Shown here: piece after piece, positions 59,408 to 64,000 of the stretch
How positions within the stretch are numbered: the stretch's first letter is position 1
Layout of the letters: the number at the start of each line of letters is the position of its first letter
Assembly: GCA_003151615.1 (NCBI GenBank)
Contig: PLXZ01000001.1
Coordinates: forward strand, 67,795-131,794
Source of the DNA: Candidatus Tayloriibacteriota bacterium
Lineage (GTDB): Bacteria; Patescibacteriota; Minisyncoccia; Phycocordibacterales; PALSA-1337
DNA length: 64,000 nt
Direction of reading: 5' to 3'
Translations under genes and position numbers: made by a program
Notes under the pieces: model-generated
What the model saw: only the letters and a program-made list of their open reading frames with translations
The model's database searches: none
Told to the model about the DNA's origin: nothing

Positions 59408-60706
59408 TTATTGAACCGGCGTTCCCCCGACTGCTTTAATGGCGTTTTGAAGGACGGTAATTCTGGCTTTATTGTCGGCGGCATATTGCGTTCCCAAAGT
59501 TGAAGTAGGGCTGAGCGTTCCGAGCGGTCCGGTAATGAGGCCGTTGCTGTTAGTTTGGTTGGGGATCGCGTTTGTTTTTAATGTTTTGATGAGGGCGTTC
59601 GCCGCGGCTATGTCATCGGTGGGATCTATATTTTTTACGGTATACCGATCTCTTATTAAATTATTCCCAACCACGTTGGTATTATAAGTATTAACGACAC
59701 TTGCTTCGCTGTACGCCATTTGGTCGGTGATTGCCTGTTTATCGGTTGCATCGCCGTTGGGTATCGTGGGCCATGTTTGTTCAAAAGCATTGTTTATTGT
59801 TTGTATTGCGGTCTGAGCGTCACTAACATTCGTGTCTCCCTCCGCAACAGTTGTACCGCTCAAGAATCCATAATTATAATTAACTGTTGTATTAAGAGCA
59901 TTCGCGGCATTAGCCATTTTACTTATTGCCGCCTGTGTATTCTGCGTGGCGATGGTTGTATCTACGGTATTTTGGTCATCCAGATATTGATTTTCCATAG
60001 CAAAGCAGTTTGGATCTCCCTGGGATATGTCATTCCCATTCGCATCTACGCAGCCGTCCGCATATAACTGACCGGCCAATGCGTTCATGTCTTGTTGCGC
60101 CGTTTGTCCCGCCGCTATCGCCGCGGCATTCGCGTCATTGGCTGAAAAGACTGCGGAATTACCGGCTAAATATTGTTGATTATTTAAAGCATTAATACTA
60201 TTTTGCACGCCTTGACTGGCCTTCACATTCAATTTCGGAACGGCGACTTTGCTTATGTTTACGAAGTTTGGATTTATGGTATAGAGGATGATATAGGATG
60301 CAAGAGCGAGAAGAAGGCCTTTGAGGGCGTCTTCAATTGTTTTTCGCGCGTCGCTTTTCCCCATTACCGCTTCCGTCGTCATATATTTGAATCCTCCGAA
60401 TATGGTCATAACCACCGAAAGAAAGACAGCCAAAGCAATGAGCAGTTTGAATAAATACAGAAGATAACCTTGTATGCCGATGCTTGTTATTTCACTGCTT
60501 CCGTTGGAGGTCGTGCACGTCGTCCCATTTTGGCCACTGGTAACTCCGACGCATGGTAAGGGAGTAAGCAATACGTACGAAACTGATTTTGGCGCTCCGA
60601 ACTCAGGAGTGCCTGATGCAACAGCTGTATCGGCAAATACTGCAACCGGAACAAGGACCGGCGAGAATGTGAGTGCGAGTATTAATGTATAAAAGATTTT
60701 TTTCAT
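59408..60706 (-). CDS. VirB2/TrbC-like pilin-domain protein with a long C-terminal extension
   Basis: Signal peptide; IFGGFKYMT...ARKTIEDALKGLLLALASYIILYTINP. Confidence 0.75.
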   Translation of the reverse strand: MKKIFYTLILALTFSPVLVPVAVFADTAVASGTPEFGAPKSVSYVLLTPLPCVGVTSGQNGTTCTTSNGSSEITSIGIQGYLLYLFKLLIALAVFLSVVMTIFGGFKYMTTEAVMGKSDARKTIEDALKGLLLALASYIILYTINPNFVNISKVAVPKLNVKASQGVQNSINALNNQQYLAGNSAVFSANDANAAAIAAGQTAQQDMNALAGQLYADGCVDANGNDISQGDPNCFAMENQYLDDQNTVDTTIATQNTQAAISKMANAANALNTTVNYNYGFLSGTTVAEGDTNVSDAQTAIQTINNAFEQTWPTIPNGDATDKQAITDQMAYSEASVVNTYNTNVVGNNLIRDRYTVKNIDPTDDIAAANALIKTLKTNAIPNQTNSNGLITGPLGTLSPTSTLGTQYAADNKARITVLQNAIKAVGGTPVQ

Positions 60707-60712
60707 GAATAT

Positions 60713-61750
60713 TTAAAAGATGGCACTACTTGTCGTCGCGGCAGACTTGCTTGCAAATATGGCCGTAAATGATGATTCGGCCCCTTGCAAAATATCATTT
60801 CCGGTATTTTGCAAGCTCAGGTCGATATTTGAACTTCCCTGCTGGCCTCCGTTTACGCCCAACACGGCACTTCTGCTTCCCGACAAATTGCTCTGTGCCG
60901 CGCCGTTTATGCTCCAATTATAGACAAGCCCCTGAGCCGCAACATCGAATCCATAGGGTGCGGCGATAACTTTTGTCTGGTTATGAATGAGCCTCAACGT
61001 TCCGGTTATGGCGCTATTATACAGTACCCCGTAGAGAGGATCGTCCTGGTAAAAGAGGATTGATGGGGATCCCGGCTGCAGTTTAATTTGAGCTTCGGCA
61101 TGCGCCGATCCGTCAGCGGAAGACACTGTAACGTCAATTGTGAGCGGTTCGGCTATGACGGAACCTGTTACCGTGAGACGTTGTTTTCCGTATCCCGATT
61201 GGCTGCCCAAAACAAATGTATTTTTCTTCCACTGATATATGAGGTTTTTAGGATTGATCGGATTTCCGCTTCCGTCAACCAGTTGCGGCATTGCTATAAA
61301 GGTAACCGTATTTTGATACGCATATGGGGTCTTCCCTTCATATAAAGGAGGAACATATCCACTCGTTTCCCACACGATATCAACAGATCCTGAAGTCACA
61401 GAAATCAATTTTTGTATGTTTGCCCCTTCGACTGTGACTATGGTCGCCATAACCTGAAGGGTTTTTCCCGTTATCGGCGCCTGCACGGTTATCGATTCCA
61501 TTCCGACCCCGCTGGTCATTGTTTTTCCGTTGACGCTCCATGAAATGCTTGCGCCGCTCAAGTTTGTCGAGAAACTGTCGAGACTGACAGTCACATTTGA
61601 TCCTGGAGCAGGATTGGCGGGGCTTGAACTTATGTCAATTCCGTCGATTGAATTCGTGCCGATTGTCTGGGCAAAGGTCAATGGAGAGTGCGAGAAAGAA
61701 AAAATCCCGCAAAAGAAGATTAAAACACTTATGGAAATAGCCTTTTTCAT
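60713..61750 (-). CDS. Secreted Ig-like repeat protein
   Basis: Signal peptide; repeated WSVNG / YQWKKN / YNWSING beta-sandwich motifs. Confidence 0.75.
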   Translation of the reverse strand: MKKAISISVLIFFCGIFSFSHSPLTFAQTIGTNSIDGIDISSSPANPAPGSNVTVSLDSFSTNLSGASISWSVNGKTMTSGVGMESITVQAPITGKTLQVMATIVTVEGANIQKLISVTSGSVDIVWETSGYVPPLYEGKTPYAYQNTVTFIAMPQLVDGSGNPINPKNLIYQWKKNTFVLGSQSGYGKQRLTVTGSVIAEPLTIDVTVSSADGSAHAEAQIKLQPGSPSILFYQDDPLYGVLYNSAITGTLRLIHNQTKVIAAPYGFDVAAQGLVYNWSINGAAQSNLSGSRSAVLGVNGGQQGSSNIDLSLQNTGNDILQGAESSFTAIFASKSAATTSSAIF

Positions 61751-61802
61751 TGGCTTTATTTTATCACACTTGTTTGGCAGTTTATATGCGGTTTATGCCC
61801 AT

Positions 61803-62288
61803 TTAAACGCTTGGCGGCCGTTTACTAACCCCGTTTTCCTTTATGTTGAGGGGTTTTTGTGCCGCATTTCCGGGAATTCGTATTTTTTGTCTGTTGATAT
61901 TTTGATGGAGCGGACCTTCCGGATCATATGCGAGATTCTCGGCATTATTTTTAGCCACGTATGAACCGCCCACGGCAATCCCTTGTTCCTCTTCTGATGG
62001 TGGGGCACCTCTTTGCGTGTACCAAACATCAAGCACCCACAAAGGTGCTGCAGCTGCCGTTACTTCCTCTCCAAAAAATGACATAAGAAGGGCGATCAGA
62101 GCTGACAGTGTGATTGCTCTTTTAAGCCAGTAAATCAGAGCCAAAACGATTCCGATAGCTATGTCAATGACTTCATTCGCTGCTTCGCCGTAGCCGGGAA
62201 CGAAATCAATGATTATTTGTAAGCCGTCAAAACAACCGGCGATAATTTTGAAAATTGTCCAGCCCTTTGGGGTAAGTGGTTTTCGCAT
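61803..62288 (-). CDS. Membrane protein in the T4SS-like cluster
   Basis: 161 aa with a hydrophobic N-half. Confidence 0.6.
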   Translation of the reverse strand: MRKPLTPKGWTIFKIIAGCFDGLQIIIDFVPGYGEAANEVIDIAIGIVLALIYWLKRAITLSALIALLMSFFGEEVTAAAAPLWVLDVWYTQRGAPPSEEEQGIAVGGSYVAKNNAENLAYDPEGPLHQNINRQKIRIPGNAAQKPLNIKENGVSKRPPSV

Positions 62289-62299
62289 GATAGTTAAGT

Positions 62300-64000
62300 C
62301 TACTTGGAAGCAGCCGCCGCTGTAGCCTGTGCGGAATTGTTCATCTCCAAATCCATTTTTGATTTTTTCATGGCCAAAAGTTGTGCGGGATTTGTCGTGA
62401 CGATCTGGTCCTCGGTGTATGAGGCAATAATTTTTATGGCCACGTGTTTGAGTCCAACGAAGAATATGCCTTCACCAACACCGGATTCAAGCAGGAGATA
62501 TTTTTCCTCGTCCGTGAGGTTGAATGTTTTCTGAATTTTGTCCATCGACGTCGGCGACTGTCGCATGAGCATCTGGATCGAAGAGTTGGTGATGATCGGC
62601 ATTCCGTACGGAGAGCTGAGGAAGTCGTCCACGTCCTGCGTGATTGTTGCAAGACCAAGATAGTATTTTCGGCCTCGTTTCGCCAAACTGAGAAGGAACG
62701 AAGCCGTATCTTCGGATTTCATCATCCACCATGCCTCGTCGATGACGAGCAGGCGTTTCTTTAATTCGCGGCGCACGGCATTCCATATATAGTGCGTGAC
62801 GATATACATTGCCACCGGCTTCAATTCGTCTTCCATGTCGCGGATTGAGAAAACAACCATCTTTTTATTGATGTCCACGTTTGTAGGTCTGTTTATGAAT
62901 CCTGCCCACGTTCCCTTTGTATATTTTGTCAGACGTTCAACCAGAGATTCTGCGCCTTCCATGCCGGCTAGTACCAGTTCAAAATCCGAAAGAAGTGGTG
63001 GGTCCACGTTTTTGAAATCAGATTCAGCTGTAATATCCTTCAATGCATATGTTTCCGTGATTGCGCGGTCGACGATTGCGTCTTCTTCCTGGGTCAGTCC
63101 GCCGAACATAATGCGGAACAAGCCGACAAGGTTAATGATGTTTGAACGGAGAATATCCGCGGAAGATTCGTCTTCGCGTGCAATCGGCAAATCAAAAGGG
63201 TTGATGTGGTTTTCAGAGTTTAGGGAAATGTTGAATGATTTTCCGCCCACAGCCTCAGCCATGTATTCATATTCACGTTCAGGATCGATGACGAGTACGT
63301 CGGTATCGAACATGAGTGTTCGCAGGATTTCCAGTTTCGTCGCGTAGGATTTTCCGGAGCCGGATTTCGCGAATGTCACGGAATTGTAGTTTTCGAGCAA
63401 AAATCGGTCAAAAAGTACAAGCGACGAATTATGCCTGTTGATTCCGTACAAAATCCCTTTGTCTGAAGTGAGATCGAACGATACGAACGGAAAAAGTGAA
63501 GAGAGCGGTGACGAATTGAGCTTCGAATGAACCATCAATTTGTCGTCACCTATCGGCAGAACGCTCTTGTAGCCGTCTTCCTGTTGGAACAGCGCAGGTT
63601 TTACATACACCAGTTTTGATTCCAGAATAGATTTGATTTCTGATTCCGTTTTGTCGAGTTCAGCGTCGCTGTCGCCATAAATTGTCAGGTATACGCCCAC
63701 GTCGAATATTTTTTCCTGAGCCTGCATCAGGCTGTCGCGGAGGGATTCCAAATCCTGGTACGCGGTATCGAGCATCGGGTCGCGGACGAGGCCTTTTTCT
63801 TCGCGCTGGTTAATCTGGCTCTGCACTTCGGCCACTTTCTTCTGGAAATGATGGAGGATTTTTGCCGTGTCGACCGGATGGATGAAAATCGAAATATTGA
63901 AAATCTTGTCGAGGTTGATGATTGGAGCAAACCACGAATCGGTCAAAAATCGCGGGTATGAAATGACGAAGAATGTACGTGCCACTTTTTCTCCCAAATT
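62300..64000 (-). CDS. VirB4-like ATPase (5' end outside the window)
   Basis: AKSGSGKS, IDPEREY, INPFDL, IDEAW, RGRKY, ITQD. Confidence 0.9.
   Translation of the reverse strand, partial: NLGEKVARTFFVISYPRFLTDSWFAPIINLDKIFNISIFIHPVDTAKILHHFQKKVAEVQSQINQREEKGLVRDPMLDTAYQDLESLRDSLMQAQEKIFDVGVYLTIYGDSDAELDKTESEIKSILESKLVYVKPALFQQEDGYKSVLPIGDDKLMVHSKLNSSPLSSLFPFVSFDLTSDKGILYGINRHNSSLVLFDRFLLENYNSVTFAKSGSGKSYATKLEILRTLMFDTDVLVIDPEREYEYMAEAVGGKSFNISLNSENHINPFDLPIAREDESSADILRSNIINLVGLFRIMFGGLTQEEDAIVDRAITETYALKDITAESDFKNVDPPLLSDFELVLAGMEGAESLVERLTKYTKGTWAGFINRPTNVDINKKMVVFSIRDMEDELKPVAMYIVTHYIWNAVRRELKKRLLVIDEAWWMMKSEDTASFLLSLAKRGRKYYLGLATITQDVDDFLSSPYGMPIITNSSIQMLMRQSPTSMDKIQKTFNLTDEEKYLLLESGVGEGIFFVGLKHVAIKIIASYTEDQIVTTNPAQLLAMKKSKMDLEMNNSAQATAAAASK

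Overview
This is a 64 kb chromosomal window of a Patescibacteria (CPR, Parcubacteria-like) bacterium using genetic code 11. The right half is core genome: ruvABC, polA, holA, pilB, tyrS, a class A PBP, dnaN-oriC-dnaA-rpmH-rnpA-yidC, a probable 6S RNA, and a VirB4/VirB2-like cluster. Two genomic islands, each with a large serine recombinase, sit at tRNA 3' ends. Island 1 (~3051-22186, tRNA-Arg(GCG)) carries a zinc-regulated module, two orphan DNA methyltransferases, a deleted type III-like Mod locus and a complete diversity-generating retroelement (DGR). It also carries an unexplained ~400-nt structured RNA directly behind a HUP-fold-like (SCO2522-like) gene. In the DGR, TR and VR differ at 15 of 115 positions, all at TR adenines. 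The DGR reverse transcriptase is frameshifted exactly at a (GA)13 microsatellite, which suggests a phase-variable ON/OFF switch for hypermutation. Its avd gene is inverted, head-to-head with RT and only 2 bp away. Island 2 (~26848-38251, tRNA-Lys(UUU)) is a satellite-like element whose att site lies inside its own integrase gene. The integrated form borrows a stop codon from the tRNA, and excision would restore a 33-aa C-terminal tail. All family assignments come from motif recognition by eye; no database searches were run.
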